Source of the DNA: Candidatus Latescibacterota bacterium
GTDB lineage: Bacteria > Latescibacterota > UBA2968
Reading direction: 5' to 3'
Length of the DNA: 64,000 nt
Assembly (NCBI GenBank): GCA_965198115.1
Contig: OZ240241.1
Location: forward strand, 4,992,001-5,056,000
Shown: piece by piece, positions 43,636 to 55,206 of the stretch
Layout: every line of letters begins with the position of its first letter
How positions within the stretch are numbered: position 1 is the first letter of the stretch
The notes under the pieces: generated by a model
Database searches by the model: none
What the model was told of the DNA's origin: nothing
What the model saw: only the letters and a program-made list of their open reading frames with translations
Position numbers and translations under genes: made by a program

Positions 43636-45564
43636 CTACCAGTCGTGGATCTTATGCCCCTGCCCAGGAAACCAGATGGCATCCACGGCAGTGGCGGCGG
43701 CGATGGCGGCGAGGTAGCCGATGAAGATGCCCATGAAGAAGGGGGTCAATTTGTGGTAGCGGTCGAGGCCGCCGAAGCGGAAGACGAGGCCTTTGACGAT
43801 CCAGACGAAGAAGATGTTGCAGGCGCTGCTGCGGAGGGGGCTGGCGCCGCAGATGGCGAGGCCGATGGGGTGGAGGGCTAGCCCTGGAAACCGGTAGCGG
43901 ATCGCGTAGATTCCGGCGGTGACGGTCGCGCCGATGCCGAGGAAGAGCAATCGCGACCAGCCGACGGCCGGGTCGCCGCTGCGGATCCGTCCGGCGATGC
44001 CGCCCCACAGGCCGACGGCGCCGTCGGTGGAGCCGTTGAAGCTGACGCTGCCGAAGTTGTAGCTGCCGACGCCGTAGTTCCCGTGATACAGGATGTAGCT
44101 AAGGACGCCGACCAGGCCGGCGGCGTAGGCCACGCCGACGGCGGCGGGGACGAGGCTGCGTCCGGCGCGCTCGACGGCGAGGCCGAGGCGCGGGATGTGG
44201 GCGAGGGTGGTGACGCCCGTGGTCTTGCCGTCGCAGAAGAAGGTGTAGGACAGGCCGAGGGCTGTGGCGCCGACGGGGCCGATGGCGCTGCCTCCGAACA
44301 ATTGCCAGACGAAACCCTGCGCCGTGAGGGGCGTGCGCAGGAAGATGAGGCCCGTTTCGACGATGATGCGGGCGAACCCGATGTAGAGCACGAGGCACGC
44401 GCCCCAGAACGCGACGAGGGTGGCGGCGGTCATACCGAGGCGCCAGAAGAACACGCCGCAGAACAGACCGCAGCCGAGGAAGCAGAAGACGGCGGTCCGG
44501 TAGGACATGAGCTCTTCCGTATCGTCGACGGCGTTATCGCCGACGAAGGCCTTCCGACCGACGGCGGTCAGATGATCCCTGGCCACCCAGATTCCCCAGC
44601 CGACGAAGACGATGAGGCTTCCGAAGCTCTGCCAGCCGACGGCAGGATGGTAGGAGGTGTAGGCTTCGGGCGCGCCCATCTCCATGACGAAGCGCGTCAC
44701 GATGCCCGCCTCCAGGATGGTGAGGAGGTGAAAGAGCCACAGGCTGAGGAGGACTTCGGACTTGGTGAACCAGGCGAAGGCGATGGTCATGGGGTTCGGG
44801 GACCAGCGTAGGACGGGGAACCCGCGCGCGATCTGAACCGGCCGGTCGAGCTGGGGCCGGAACTCGGGCATCCACTGGAAGAACCAGGAGATGGGGTCCC
44901 AGATGAAGATGAGAAAGACGATGATGGCGCCGGTCTGGAACAGGCGATTACGCATCAGGGTCGTCAACGTGCCGCGCACGTCGCCTTCGCCCGTGAGTTC
45001 GAGGAGCCCGGCGGCAACGGGGAAGGGGAGGCGTTCGTGGTCCATCCACTGGCGCCGGAAGACGGTCACGATGCAGAGGTTGGCGAGGAAAAAGGCGAGA
45101 AAGAACGCGCCCCACCAGAGGAGCGGGATCAGCCAGGCTTCCCACCGAAAAGGGTCGCCGGTGGGCAAGCCCTGGTAGAAGGCCGATGTGACCGCCCGGT
45201 CGCCCACGACGGCCCACTCGGGAATGCGCGTGAGGAGGGTGTCTTCCCAACCGTTTTCGGGAGACGCGAAGTAGCTAACGGCGGTGATGATGCCGAGGAA
45301 GTAGCCCGCGATCCACTCGCCCTGCGCGAGGGAGGCGACCATCCCCATCATGACGATCAGAATCAGCTCCGACCCGGTGAGACCGCGTCCCTTCTTGGAC
45401 AAGGGGGCATTGATCAGGAGCAGGACGAGGAAGGGGATCAGGATCGCAGCGGAGAGATGGGCATGGTCTGCACGCGAGGAGTCGATGATGTAGCTCGACC
45501 AGGCCGGCCAGATGGCCGCGAAGATCGAGAGGGTGAGACCGATCAGGAATGCGCGTAGGGTCAC
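43636..45564 (-). CDS. DUF6785/DUF6784-like polytopic membrane protein (putative transporter)
   Basis: RRQWMDHERLPFP, LHPIG, FFMGIFIG; many transmembrane segments. Confidence 0.75.
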   Translation of the reverse strand: MTLRAFLIGLTLSIFAAIWPAWSSYIIDSSRADHAHLSAAILIPFLVLLLINAPLSKKGRGLTGSELILIVMMGMVASLAQGEWIAGYFLGIITAVSYFASPENGWEDTLLTRIPEWAVVGDRAVTSAFYQGLPTGDPFRWEAWLIPLLWWGAFFLAFFLANLCIVTVFRRQWMDHERLPFPVAAGLLELTGEGDVRGTLTTLMRNRLFQTGAIIVFLIFIWDPISWFFQWMPEFRPQLDRPVQIARGFPVLRWSPNPMTIAFAWFTKSEVLLSLWLFHLLTILEAGIVTRFVMEMGAPEAYTSYHPAVGWQSFGSLIVFVGWGIWVARDHLTAVGRKAFVGDNAVDDTEELMSYRTAVFCFLGCGLFCGVFFWRLGMTAATLVAFWGACLVLYIGFARIIVETGLIFLRTPLTAQGFVWQLFGGSAIGPVGATALGLSYTFFCDGKTTGVTTLAHIPRLGLAVERAGRSLVPAAVGVAYAAGLVGVLSYILYHGNYGVGSYNFGSVSFNGSTDGAVGLWGGIAGRIRSGDPAVGWSRLLFLGIGATVTAGIYAIRYRFPGLALHPIGLAICGASPLRSSACNIFFVWIVKGLVFRFGGLDRYHKLTPFFMGIFIGYLAAIAAATAVDAIWFPGQGHKIHDW

Positions 45565-45873
45565 AGCGCTAACCTTCGGCCAAAGCTAACCCTTTAACCG
45601 CAAAGAGCGCGGAGGCCGCAGAGGGTCAGGAGATGAGCTGGGTAGAAGCGCCGCAGCCGCGAGGTACATCAGGAAACAAGGGACCGACCGGCTGCACAGT
45701 CAAGACGCGCTTTTTTGGAACATCGTGCTTCTGCGGAGAGTGGACGCCTGGACCTGCGTCATTACCCGAGCCAGATTCCCTTGCCTGGGAACGAGAGACC
45801 GCCGTTTATTCTTCCTATCCCACGAGCGCCGTACCGAAATGTAGTTTCCCCTTCATCAATTGAGGACCGACCC

Positions 45874-46559
45874 ATGTTCCCCGATGACACGCTGAAACAA
45901 CGCATACAAGACGGCCAGATGTACTCCAGCCTCCAGGTCGATGTCAACCTCGACAGCGATCAGTTGAAGGTGAAGCGGTCGGCGACGGCGACTACGATTT
46001 AGTTTTAGTCTATGTCGACGGTCAGCACACCGCTTTCAACGAAAGCTAGCTTGCTGCCTTTACCGGAACTGCCGAGGACCTGGGCCTGCCGGTTCTGTTC
46101 AGGATTCCACACACGCGACATACCTACCTGATCGGTCGCTACCTGGACCTGGGCGTCTCGGCGATCATGGTTCCGGAAGTCGAGTCTGAAGAGGTGGCGG
46201 AGGAAGCCATCAGGTTTTTCTACTATCCACAGGTCGGGCGACGCAGTTGGGGAGGTGCAGCCAGGCGAGGCGTGCGCGCGCACGACAACCAGGTCAGTCG
46301 CCTGGAATACGCGGCCCGGTGGAACAAGACCGGCGTTCTGGGTATACAGATTGAATGCGTCGATGCGGTTCTGAACGTGGCTAATATTGCGAAGCCCGGC
46401 ATCGACTATGTGGGCTTCGGTCCGAATGATCTCCAATTCAGCCTCGAAGCCCATCCCGACTCGCCCTTTGACAGGGTCGAGGACTGTTATCAGCACGTCG
46501 CCGAGCAACTAAAGGACCGCAATGTCGCCGTAGCCACGCCGACGCTCATCCCGTCGTGA
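45874..46559 (+). pseudogene. HpcH/HpaI aldolase family; frameshift near 45970 and nonsense TAG at 46047
   Basis: VDGQH, YLDLGVSAIMVPEV, IQIE, FGPNDL. Confidence 0.8.
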
Positions 46560-46660
46560 TGGACTGCACCGACGAGCCGACACCTGGTGATTGACGGTCA
46601 ATCGCCGCGGCATCAGGCTTTAGGGAAAACCCCCCACACTTCCTCCACGGAGAGCCCACC

Positions 46661-47041
46661 ATGACTCAGACCGACCTCCTTTCAATGGTCACCGCCAGCG
46701 AACCATCTGGTCCCCTCCCCGACATGCCCATCGACGCCGAGTCGATCACCGCCGGCAATCCGGCCGCTCGCGGCGCCGTCCTCAACCAGTCGGCCGACAA
46801 GACCCTATCGAGCGGAATCTGGACCTGCGAGCCGGGTGAGTTCGACTGGGCTTACACCTGGGACGAGTTCGTCTACGTCTTCGAGGGCGAGGTCACGATC
46901 ACCGACGAGGGCGGCAAGAGCTACGACGTCGGTCCCGGAGATGTGGCCCACTTCCCGCTGGGTCTGAAGGCCCACTGGAACGTCAAGAAGGCGATCCGCA
47001 AGTTCTTCGTCCTCAAGACGCCGGAACCCCTCGTGATATAG
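46661..47041 (+). CDS. Cupin (EutQ/DUF861-like)
   Basis: GIWTCEPGEF, EFVYVFEGEV, GPGD, RKFFV. Confidence 0.88.
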   Translation: MTQTDLLSMVTASEPSGPLPDMPIDAESITAGNPAARGAVLNQSADKTLSSGIWTCEPGEFDWAYTWDEFVYVFEGEVTITDEGGKSYDVGPGDVAHFPLGLKAHWNVKKAIRKFFVLKTPEPLVI

Positions 47042-47097
47042 TGGGCCCCGTTACGTAAGCCGCCTTGCAGATTCAGAAAGTCGCAACGTCACTTCGA

Positions 47098-47237
47098 GCC
47101 CCTCGACGAAGCCTGTGCTGAGCGGAGTCGAGGTGCTCGGGATAAACTCCGCCGAGAAGTCGTTCCACGTGTAAAGGCTAGGGGCGGGTTCTCGACGGAG
47201 CCTGTCTTGAGCGTAGACGAAAGGCTCGAACTGACCG
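47098..47237. repeat. REP-like repeat cluster
   Basis: Two related units, CTCGACGAAGCCTGTGCTGAGCG...GCTCG and CTCGACGGAGCCTGTCTTGAGCG...GCTCG. Confidence 0.6.
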
Positions 47238-47402
47238 CCGCTTATCTGATCTGCAACTACAGTATCTGTTTCGAAACAGGACACTCAGGAGCCGTCCGCG
47301 GTTTGTCGCTACCGCACTTGCGAGAGGAGTTCGAGCAGGTTCTCGTGGTCCAATCTCTTGAAGCGCATTCGAGCGGCTCTCGTAGCTCCCTGGAGGTATG
47401 GT

Positions 47403-48248
47403 ATGAGTCAACTCCGCATAGGTCTTGCACAGACGCGCCAGACCCCCGATCGACACGACAATCGCCGCGCGATCCTGGACGCATTCGACAACGCGGCGGC
47501 GCAGGACATTCAGATCCTCTGCTTTCCCGAAGCACAGACCGTGGGCTACCGCGTAGACATATCCCCTGTCGACGCACCCGTCCCGGTCGATTGGCTCGAG
47601 GAAGTGCACGCAGAGGTAGCGGAACGTTGCGCGAAGCACGGCATGGCCTGCATCCTCGGCACCGAGATGGAGTCCGATACCGGCAAGCCGTTCAATACCG
47701 CATTGGTGATCGGCGAGGACGGGGATGTTCTTGGCGTGCATCACAAGACGATGCTGACGCCGCCGGACGCGCTGGCCTATGCGCCGGGCACCGAGCAGCA
47801 TACGTTCAATCTCTTCGGAATCACCGTAGGCGTGGTCATCTGTTTCGAGGCGCTTCGCTTCGCTGAGACGACGGCCGAATGCGTCCGTCGAGGCGCGCAG
47901 GTCGTTTTTCACCCGCAGAACAACACGACCCGTCCGAACGACTGGAAGATCCCGATCCACCACGCCATGATCGTCACCCGTGCCGCGGAGAACACCGTCT
48001 GGTTCGCGTCGTGCAACGCCTGCCTGCCGCATCAGAATAGCCGCAGCCTGATCGTCGCGCCGGACGGACGCATCCACGCTCAGACGGAGCTGAGTCGGGA
48101 GGAACTGCTTGTGAGCGACATCGAGATCGATCGGGCGACGCGGGCGATGTTCCGGCTGGGCGAAGAAGGTCCGACATCCGGAGCATTGGTGGATAGCGAG
48201 GAGCCGCTTTTCGGGGAAACGTTGCACGTGCTGGGAAGGGATAGATGA
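47403..48248 (+). CDS. Carbon-nitrogen hydrolase (nitrilase superfamily)
   Basis: FPE, HHK and ICFE supply the E-K-C triad; probable start ATG 47403. Confidence 0.9.
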   Translation: MSQLRIGLAQTRQTPDRHDNRRAILDAFDNAAAQDIQILCFPEAQTVGYRVDISPVDAPVPVDWLEEVHAEVAERCAKHGMACILGTEMESDTGKPFNTALVIGEDGDVLGVHHKTMLTPPDALAYAPGTEQHTFNLFGITVGVVICFEALRFAETTAECVRRGAQVVFHPQNNTTRPNDWKIPIHHAMIVTRAAENTVWFASCNACLPHQNSRSLIVAPDGRIHAQTELSREELLVSDIEIDRATRAMFRLGEEGPTSGALVDSEEPLFGETLHVLGRDR

Positions 48249-49831
48249 TGCCGGGCGGGTCGAGCGTGACGGACACGGTATTTCGCGTTGCAGTCGGCGA
48301 GCGTCAGCTCTTCCTGGACGATCACGGGATCGAGGAAATACGCGATCTCCGACACACCTTGCATCAGCCCGAAAAGAGAGGTGCGGTGATCGAACCGGGA
48401 GAGGGCGAGGGGAGTATCCAGATCCGCTGTGCGCCCGCGTGGGATCCCGAGACGCGTCGCTACAAGCTCTGGATGATGTGCGAGGGAGGCATCGGGCTGG
48501 CCGAGAGCCCCGACGGCCTCGACTGGGAGCGCCCGGTGCTGCGGGTGCGCGAGCATAAGGGGTCACTGGACAACAGCCTGGTGGCAGGGCCCTGCGGGGA
48601 GCTCGTCGTCTTTGATCCGACGGCACCGGATGCGTCGCAGCGCTACAAGAGCCTCAAGCTGCGCGGATCGTCCGAACGGGTCGTGAGCCCGATCGCCGAC
48701 CACTGGAAGATCCTCCACAATCCGTGGCGCCTGGCCTATCCCCGAGGCCACGTACTGAACAACCCGCGTCAGTACCAGATGAGCTGGGTCATCCAGGTCA
48801 GCGAGCGCCCCGGCGCCCCGGCCGAGGAGCGATTCGAAGGCAGGGGTCGTTTCCAGACCCAGGACCTGGTGGTCAGTGCCGATGGGATCCACTGGCGCAC
48901 GCTGGATCGCCCGGGGCTGCCTTCCGCCGACGAGGCCAACCTCAGTAAGGACGAAGAGGCGGGGATTTACATCGCCACGCTCAAGGTGGGGGAGATGGGT
49001 CCGTACGGACGCTCGATCTCCCTGGCGACGAGCAAGGATTTTGTGGAGTGGAGCGATCCGGAGCTGGTGTTTCACGCCGATGAAGAAGACCAGACGTTGA
49101 ACCGCAAGGTGATCGCTGCGCGCTACGACGACCCTTCACTGGTTCACCCTCTCCACAATGTCCCCGCGGAGTACTTCGTCGACGTTTACAACATGGGGGT
49201 CTTCAGGTACGAGGGTTTGTACATCGGCCTTCCTGCCTTCTTCCATCACACGGGAGACCGGAACGAGAACTCGGACGGTTTCCACCGCGTGCAGCTGACC
49301 TGCAGTCGCGACCTGCGCGCCTGGACCCGGCTGGGCGAGCGGGAGCCGTTTATCGGGCCCTCGACGATCGAATCGGGGGCATATGACCTGAACGGGATCA
49401 TGCCGCCTTCGACGGCGATTCACAGAGGGGACGAGTTGTGGTTCTACTACACCGGCTCGAAGTACCGCACCACGCCCTCGGACGCCGATCCGAGGCGTAG
49501 CGCCGTCTGCCTGGCTGTATTGCGTCGAGACGGATTCATCTCTCTGGATGGCGGGGCTGGCGGAGGTTCGGTGTTGACCGCGCCGTTCCTGCTGCCGACG
49601 CCGTGGTTGTTTGCGAATGTCGACGCGGCTGGCGGATCCGTTGAGCTGGAGGTGCTGGATGAATCCGGGGATGTCGTTGCCGAATCGGAGCCGATCACCG
49701 GGGATCGCCCGCGTTACCCGGTGCAATGGAAGCGCGGCGATCTGGCAGCTTCGACTCACCGCCCGGCGCGGTTGCGCCTCAAAGCGAAGGACGCTTCGAT
49801 CTATTCCTACTGGTTCGAGGAAGACAATTAG
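48245..49831 (+). CDS. GH32-like beta-propeller protein with C-terminal beta-sandwich
   Basis: RQLFLDD, SPDGLDW, SADGIHW, LRRDGFISL. Confidence 0.7.
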   Translation: MMPGGSSVTDTVFRVAVGERQLFLDDHGIEEIRDLRHTLHQPEKRGAVIEPGEGEGSIQIRCAPAWDPETRRYKLWMMCEGGIGLAESPDGLDWERPVLRVREHKGSLDNSLVAGPCGELVVFDPTAPDASQRYKSLKLRGSSERVVSPIADHWKILHNPWRLAYPRGHVLNNPRQYQMSWVIQVSERPGAPAEERFEGRGRFQTQDLVVSADGIHWRTLDRPGLPSADEANLSKDEEAGIYIATLKVGEMGPYGRSISLATSKDFVEWSDPELVFHADEEDQTLNRKVIAARYDDPSLVHPLHNVPAEYFVDVYNMGVFRYEGLYIGLPAFFHHTGDRNENSDGFHRVQLTCSRDLRAWTRLGEREPFIGPSTIESGAYDLNGIMPPSTAIHRGDELWFYYTGSKYRTTPSDADPRRSAVCLAVLRRDGFISLDGGAGGGSVLTAPFLLPTPWLFANVDAAGGSVELEVLDESGDVVAESEPITGDRPRYPVQWKRGDLAASTHRPARLRLKAKDASIYSYWFEEDN

Positions 49832-49895
49832 GGAAATAGGGAATTGGGCAATTGTGCCGTGCCGACCGGCCTTCCCGTTTTCGTAGAGAACCGAC

Positions 49896-50792
49896 ATGAG
49901 TCTCACGCAATCGCAGATCGACCGCTTCCACGAAGACGGGTTCCTGAAGGTGGAGGACGCGCTGGCGCTCGAAGACCTGAATCCTGTCATCTGGGAGTTC
50001 GAGACGATCATCGACAAGCGGGCGCGTGAGCTGTTTCGGGAAGGCAGGCTCAGCTCGTTGTACGAAACCGAGCCGTTCGAACGCCGCATCGCCCGACTGG
50101 CGGATCAATACCCCGACGTCGTTGGCCCGCTCAGTCCGATGCAGACGAAGGGCGCGGCGATCTTCAACCTGATTCGAAACCCGAAGATTCTCGACATCCT
50201 GGAGCCGCTGCTCGGCCCCGAGATCATGTGCCACCCGACCCAGGTGGTTAGGCCGCGCATGCGCAACTACCTGGATACGAACCCACGCTGGAAACCGACG
50301 CACGGTTCGCCCTGGCATCAGGATGCCGGCGTCCTGCGGCCCGAAGTGGACGACACGCTGTTGATTACGGTGTGGGTCCCACTGAGCTCGGCGGACGTCG
50401 AGAACGGCTGCCTATCGGTCATTCCGGGCAGTCACAAATACGGCGTGCGCACCCACGTCACGACGAACTCCTACAAAATCCCAGCAGAAGAGCTGCCCCC
50501 TGGCGAACCCGTCGTCCTGCCCGTCGAGCCCGGCGGCATTCTGCTGTTTCACGTGTTGGCGTGCCACGTCAGCGGACCGCACGCGTCCGAGCGGGTGCGC
50601 TGGAGCATCGATCTACGTTACCAGGACCCGGCCCAGCCGAGCGGACATCCGTATCTGGAAGGGTTCATGGTACGCAGCCGCAGCAACCCGGAGCGGGAGC
50701 TCAACTACGCGCAATGGGTGAGCATGTGGGACGAGCAGCTGGAGCACGACGAGCCGCGGCCGCCTATCCCGAGGTGGCCGGAAGCCAGATAA
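49896..50792 (+). CDS. Phytanoyl-CoA dioxygenase family protein
   Basis: FHEDGF, WHQD, ENGCL..IPGSH, H-S-G, RWSIDLRY. Confidence 0.9.
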   Translation: MSLTQSQIDRFHEDGFLKVEDALALEDLNPVIWEFETIIDKRARELFREGRLSSLYETEPFERRIARLADQYPDVVGPLSPMQTKGAAIFNLIRNPKILDILEPLLGPEIMCHPTQVVRPRMRNYLDTNPRWKPTHGSPWHQDAGVLRPEVDDTLLITVWVPLSSADVENGCLSVIPGSHKYGVRTHVTTNSYKIPAEELPPGEPVVLPVEPGGILLFHVLACHVSGPHASERVRWSIDLRYQDPAQPSGHPYLEGFMVRSRSNPERELNYAQWVSMWDEQLEHDEPRPPIPRWPEAR

Positions 50793-50794
50793 CA

Positions 50795-50882
50795 TTGAAG
50801 ATAGAATATGTGAGAATAGATAATTGAGTCGGCTAACCGACCGCCTTTCAATTCCCCACGTGTTCTATTTTCAATTTTCACA
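50795..50882. repeat. Imperfect inverted intergenic repeat sharing a unit with 43577-43600
   Basis: GAAGATAGAATATGTG at 50797 and 43577; degenerate reverse complement at 50847-50880. Confidence 0.6.
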
Positions 50883-50915
50883 TCTTCTGTGTCACCCTCG
50901 CTCGCATCGGACGAC

Positions 50916-53900
50916 ATGAATCCTCAACCATTGCTGCTCCCAGATCATCCTGCTCTCGTCTCCCGGGCAGACCTCATCTACCGGCAGCCGGTCGAACACG
51001 GTCGCCAGGGCCATCCCATTGGCAACGGTCGGATGGGCACGATGGTCTGGACGACCCCCGATGCAGTGTGCATGCGGATCAACCGCAATGATGTCTTTTC
51101 CGTCAACGGGAATCACAAAGGGAGTAAAGCAGGACCAGCCGACTACTGGGGTGGATGCGCGAAGATACGCCTTGATGTGGGTGGCGACGTCTTCCGCGAC
51201 CGGGATGGCTTCACCCAGCATCTGTCGCTCTATGAGGCGGAGGAAGTCATCGAGGGAGACAACGTCGTGGTCCGTTGTTTTGTGGCATCCGGGCGTGACG
51301 TTCTGGTCCTGGAGATCGACGACTGCCGACCCGAGCCGCAGGCGTTGCGGGTTGATCTGTCGATGTGGCGCGACCCCATCGTCGTCAATGGGGATCACAC
51401 CGCGAGCTATGCGTTCAACGACCTGCAGGGAGCGGCGGCGGTTGTTCAGCAATTCACCGAGGCGGAATACTACTGCGGTTCGGCGGTGGCGGCTCAGATT
51501 GTCGGTGAGGGGACAGTAGACATCTCGCGCTCGGACAGATGCCAGAGCATGAGCATTTCCGCTGTGTCCGGAAAGCGCCTGATTCTGGTATCGAGCGCCG
51601 CCTCGTGGGATGCCGATGATGACCTGCTGGCTACGACGGGAGTATTGCTGAACGAAGCTGTGAGTCAGACCTACACCGATCTCCGGGCCGCCCACGCATC
51701 CTGGTGGGCCGAGCTCTGGTCGCGAACCTTCGTCCACCTGACGAGTGATGACGGCGTGGCGGATTTCATGCAGTGCGTGCGCACTCTGCAGCTCTACTAC
51801 ATGGCCAGCAGTTCGCGCGGCCGCTTGCCAGCCAAGTGGAATGGCTCGCTCTTTCTCACCGAAGGCGACACGACGTATTGGGGTTCGCAGTTCTGGGTCT
51901 GGACAACGCAGATATCCTACTACCCACTGCATGCCGCTGATGCCGTCGAGCTGACCAACCCCTTTTTCAACATGTATGTGAACCAGTTGCCGAATGCCGT
52001 GCGTGCAGGTGAGCAGCGGACGGGGGCTCCCGGAGCGTATATCCTCGAAAGCGGACAGTTCGATGGTCCGGTCGTCTTGCCCGACGATGTCGCGGCCGAA
52101 TACCGGGATGTCTGGCTGGGGAGGAAACCGAGCTCCGAGCTGTCTCCCAAAGCGGCGACCTATGGCACCTTCGACGGCGGTCTGCTCGCTCTGGATACGA
52201 GTCGCTTCGAGGATCGCAAGGGGTTCCCCCAGCAGGCTGTCGGTCGGTATTCATGGGTCAGCCATATCGCCACGTCTGGATGCAAGATTGCAAAACATGC
52301 CTGGTGGCGGTATCGCTACACGGGTGATCGGCAATGGTTGCGATCTCGTGCGTATCCACTGTTGCGCGAGACGCTGGAATTCTACCGGGGGTTGGCCAGG
52401 AAAGAGGAAGATGGCACTTACCATCTCTACGGTCTGAATCAGTTCGAAGGAAGCTGGGGAACTGACGACGGGCTCCTGGATTTGACGGCCATTCGCGGCA
52501 CCGCCCCATTGGCTATCAAGGCAGCTGAGATTCTGGATGTTGATGCCGACCTCCGAGCTGCATGGGCGGAGTTTCTCGACAACCTGGCGCCCTATCCGAT
52601 GGGGAGTGACCCGGAGAGTCACAATGCTGTGGCGCCGGATCTCTGGTCCCTTGGTCACGTTGGCGCCATCGGTCATCCAAGGAAAAAAGGCTATATCCGG
52701 ATCTCTCAACGAGATGAAGTGGGTGAAGGTGCCGTGGTTCCTGGCATGGGGGCGCGGTTAGAGTGTGCGGAACCTCTTCGGAATCTGCTCAGGGATGTTT
52801 ATGTCTCCGACGGTAAGGAAGATCATATCGTTGAATGCGTCGAGTGTGCGGAATCCGCTGGCTCGGTTCTTGACGATTTGGACGATTCGGTTGAGGCCTT
52901 CGGCGATGGCGTTGGTAAGACGCGTGTTCACGAATGCGAGGACGCCGAAGAAGTGCTGTCGCAGGGTCCTGACGAACTTTCGCAGGGGTTCAAGTCGACT
53001 TCTGAGTGCGGACGTCGTCCAGCATTTCAGGAAGCGTTCGGCAGCCCAGGGCGCTTTGTATTCCCAGAACTGCTCGAACTCGTCCTTGAGTCTCCAGGCT
53101 CTATAGATTCGGTAGTTCGCCTTCTCCAGTGCTTTGAGTGTCCGAGTATCCCCTCTGGAGCGTGTCGCTGAGTGCCGGTAGAGGAGCCATCGGAGGCCCT
53201 TCATGGCTTTGCGCTCATCCGGGGCAGCTTTACGCCACTGGTCCTTACGGACCTCGTCAACGGCGGCATTGAGAGCCTTGACGATGTGAAAGCGATCGAG
53301 GACCAGCTTGGCATTCGGACAGTGTTCCTGGATGGCTCCGATGTAAGCTTCGCTCATGTCGCAGCAGGCCCACTCGATCTTGGATCTCCGGTAGGGACTG
53401 AGAGCCTCTGTGAAGAACCGATCGATCGTTTTACGCGCCCTGCCGCGGCCAACCCACACCACGCAGGAGCGGTCCAGATCGTAAACGAGCGTGGCGTACC
53501 TGTGACGCTTGGCGTAGGAGATCTCGTCGATCCCGATGGTTTTGAGCCCTCGGATACGATGACCTTCACGAAGCCGCGTGATGGATCGGTGAAGGAGATC
53601 CGACAGCGTCGAGGCAGAGATGCGCAGTAACTCGGACGCCGCCTTCTGCGTCATGGTCTGGCAGTAGCGCAGCATGGCATACTCGAAGCGATACGTCACC
53701 CGAGAGAACCGCTCCGCCCACGGAATCTCCTCGACCACACGACCGTGGGTAGGACACCGAATCTCCCGAGGATGGTAGAGAAGCCAGACCCTCCACCCGC
53801 ACACCGGAATGTCACGCCACCGACGCGGATGGGGCATTGTGCGGACGATTTTACCTCGACGGCCGCACTCCGGACAACAACAACCATTCTTATGTGGCTT

Positions 53901-54889
53901 TACGGCGATGACGAAACAGCTTCTCCCCTCAAACCACCAGCTGACAACACGGAACCCCTTGAATCTCAGCAGTTTCGATAGTAATCTGCTCCCGGTCATA
54001 GGTCGCACCCCCTTCGCTTTGATTGTCCTACACACACAACCAAGCGTAGGGAACGATCTATGACCTTGTCATTCTATAGTTTCACCGTTGAGAAACCCGG
54101 ATAGAGCCGGAAAAAGACCGCCCCCACGAAGAGAGCCTCTTTGGCGTTTTTCCGTTCGAGATCTGGACCCTCGAGTCGAGCGACCCCGAAACTGAGCACA
54201 TCGTCCGCGCCCTTGCTGAGCTCAACTCGCTCCGCGCCGATCTCGTCGCCGGACGGATGTGGGGCCTCACGAGCGCCGGCCGCACACCGATCATGGGATC
54301 GAGACTGGGACGCGGCAAGGAGCTGCCGGCCATGCTGGCAGCCTACTATGCGACGTTCAATCAGGAAGGCGGCCCCCTGCCGAATGGATTCAGTCAGTTC
54401 GAAGGGGTCACCGATCCATCCATCGAACATCTGGGCTGCATTAGCATGGCGCTCAACGAGGCCCTGGTCCAGAGCGTGTCCGCCAGTCCCGGAGAGCCGG
54501 AGGTGATCCGCCTGTTTCCAGCCTGGCCGCAGGCGTGGAACGCGGCGCTTCGCCTTCTTGTCCGCGGCGGTTTTCTCGTCAGCGCCTCAATCCAGAGCGG
54601 CCGCCTCGAGTTCGTCGAAATCGAATCGAGGCTGGGCGAGCCGTGCCGCGTGCGGAATCCGTGGGGCACACCGTGCCAGGTTCGGGACGGAGATGGATCG
54701 TCGCAGCGCCTCGTCGGCGACATCCTGCTCTTCGATACAACGCCTGGGGCGCGCTACCTCCTGCTGCCGGAAGGGGCGGAGACTCCCGCACCGCGCCAGA
54801 TCACCGCCGAGCCGACGACGGGCCCCGTCTCTTTCGAGTTCGCCCTTCCTGGCGGAACCACCGCGGGCGGCACGCTCGGTCGACCGTGA
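50916..54889 (+). pseudogene. GH95-like (DUF5703) glycoside hydrolase interrupted by ISL3
   Basis: PIGNGRMG, YRYTGD..WL..AYPLL, IRLFPAWP..W; rejoins as HPRKKDRPHEE after removing the IS. Confidence 0.8.
52689..54108 (-). mobile_element. ISL3-family element copy C (intact transposase 52758-54035)
   Basis: Target duplication GGAAAAAA (right copy one A short); 1420 bp. Confidence 0.95.
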
Positions 54890-55206
54890 GCTTTGCTGGT
54901 ACCAGGTCGAGTCCTTCATTCTCGGTGCCGAAGTTACAGTCAACGATTAATCTGCAGAACGCTCTGCGGCTCAGGCGCACGTTTGACACAGTTCACGTGA
55001 GCCACCAGTGGTAAATGTTGGTTTTGTGCTTCTCGTATGCGTGAGATGCCTGAATCAACAGTCGCTCGGGCACCCGCCCGTCCGGGTCGTGGACAAGCAC
55101 GTTGTTTGAGTACGCTCCGGCGCCCGCCGTCCGCATCTGAAGGTACCGCCCTTCATCCCAGTGGATGCCGTCCTGCGAGGCGTAGAGAACGAAGTGCCCT
55201 TTAATT

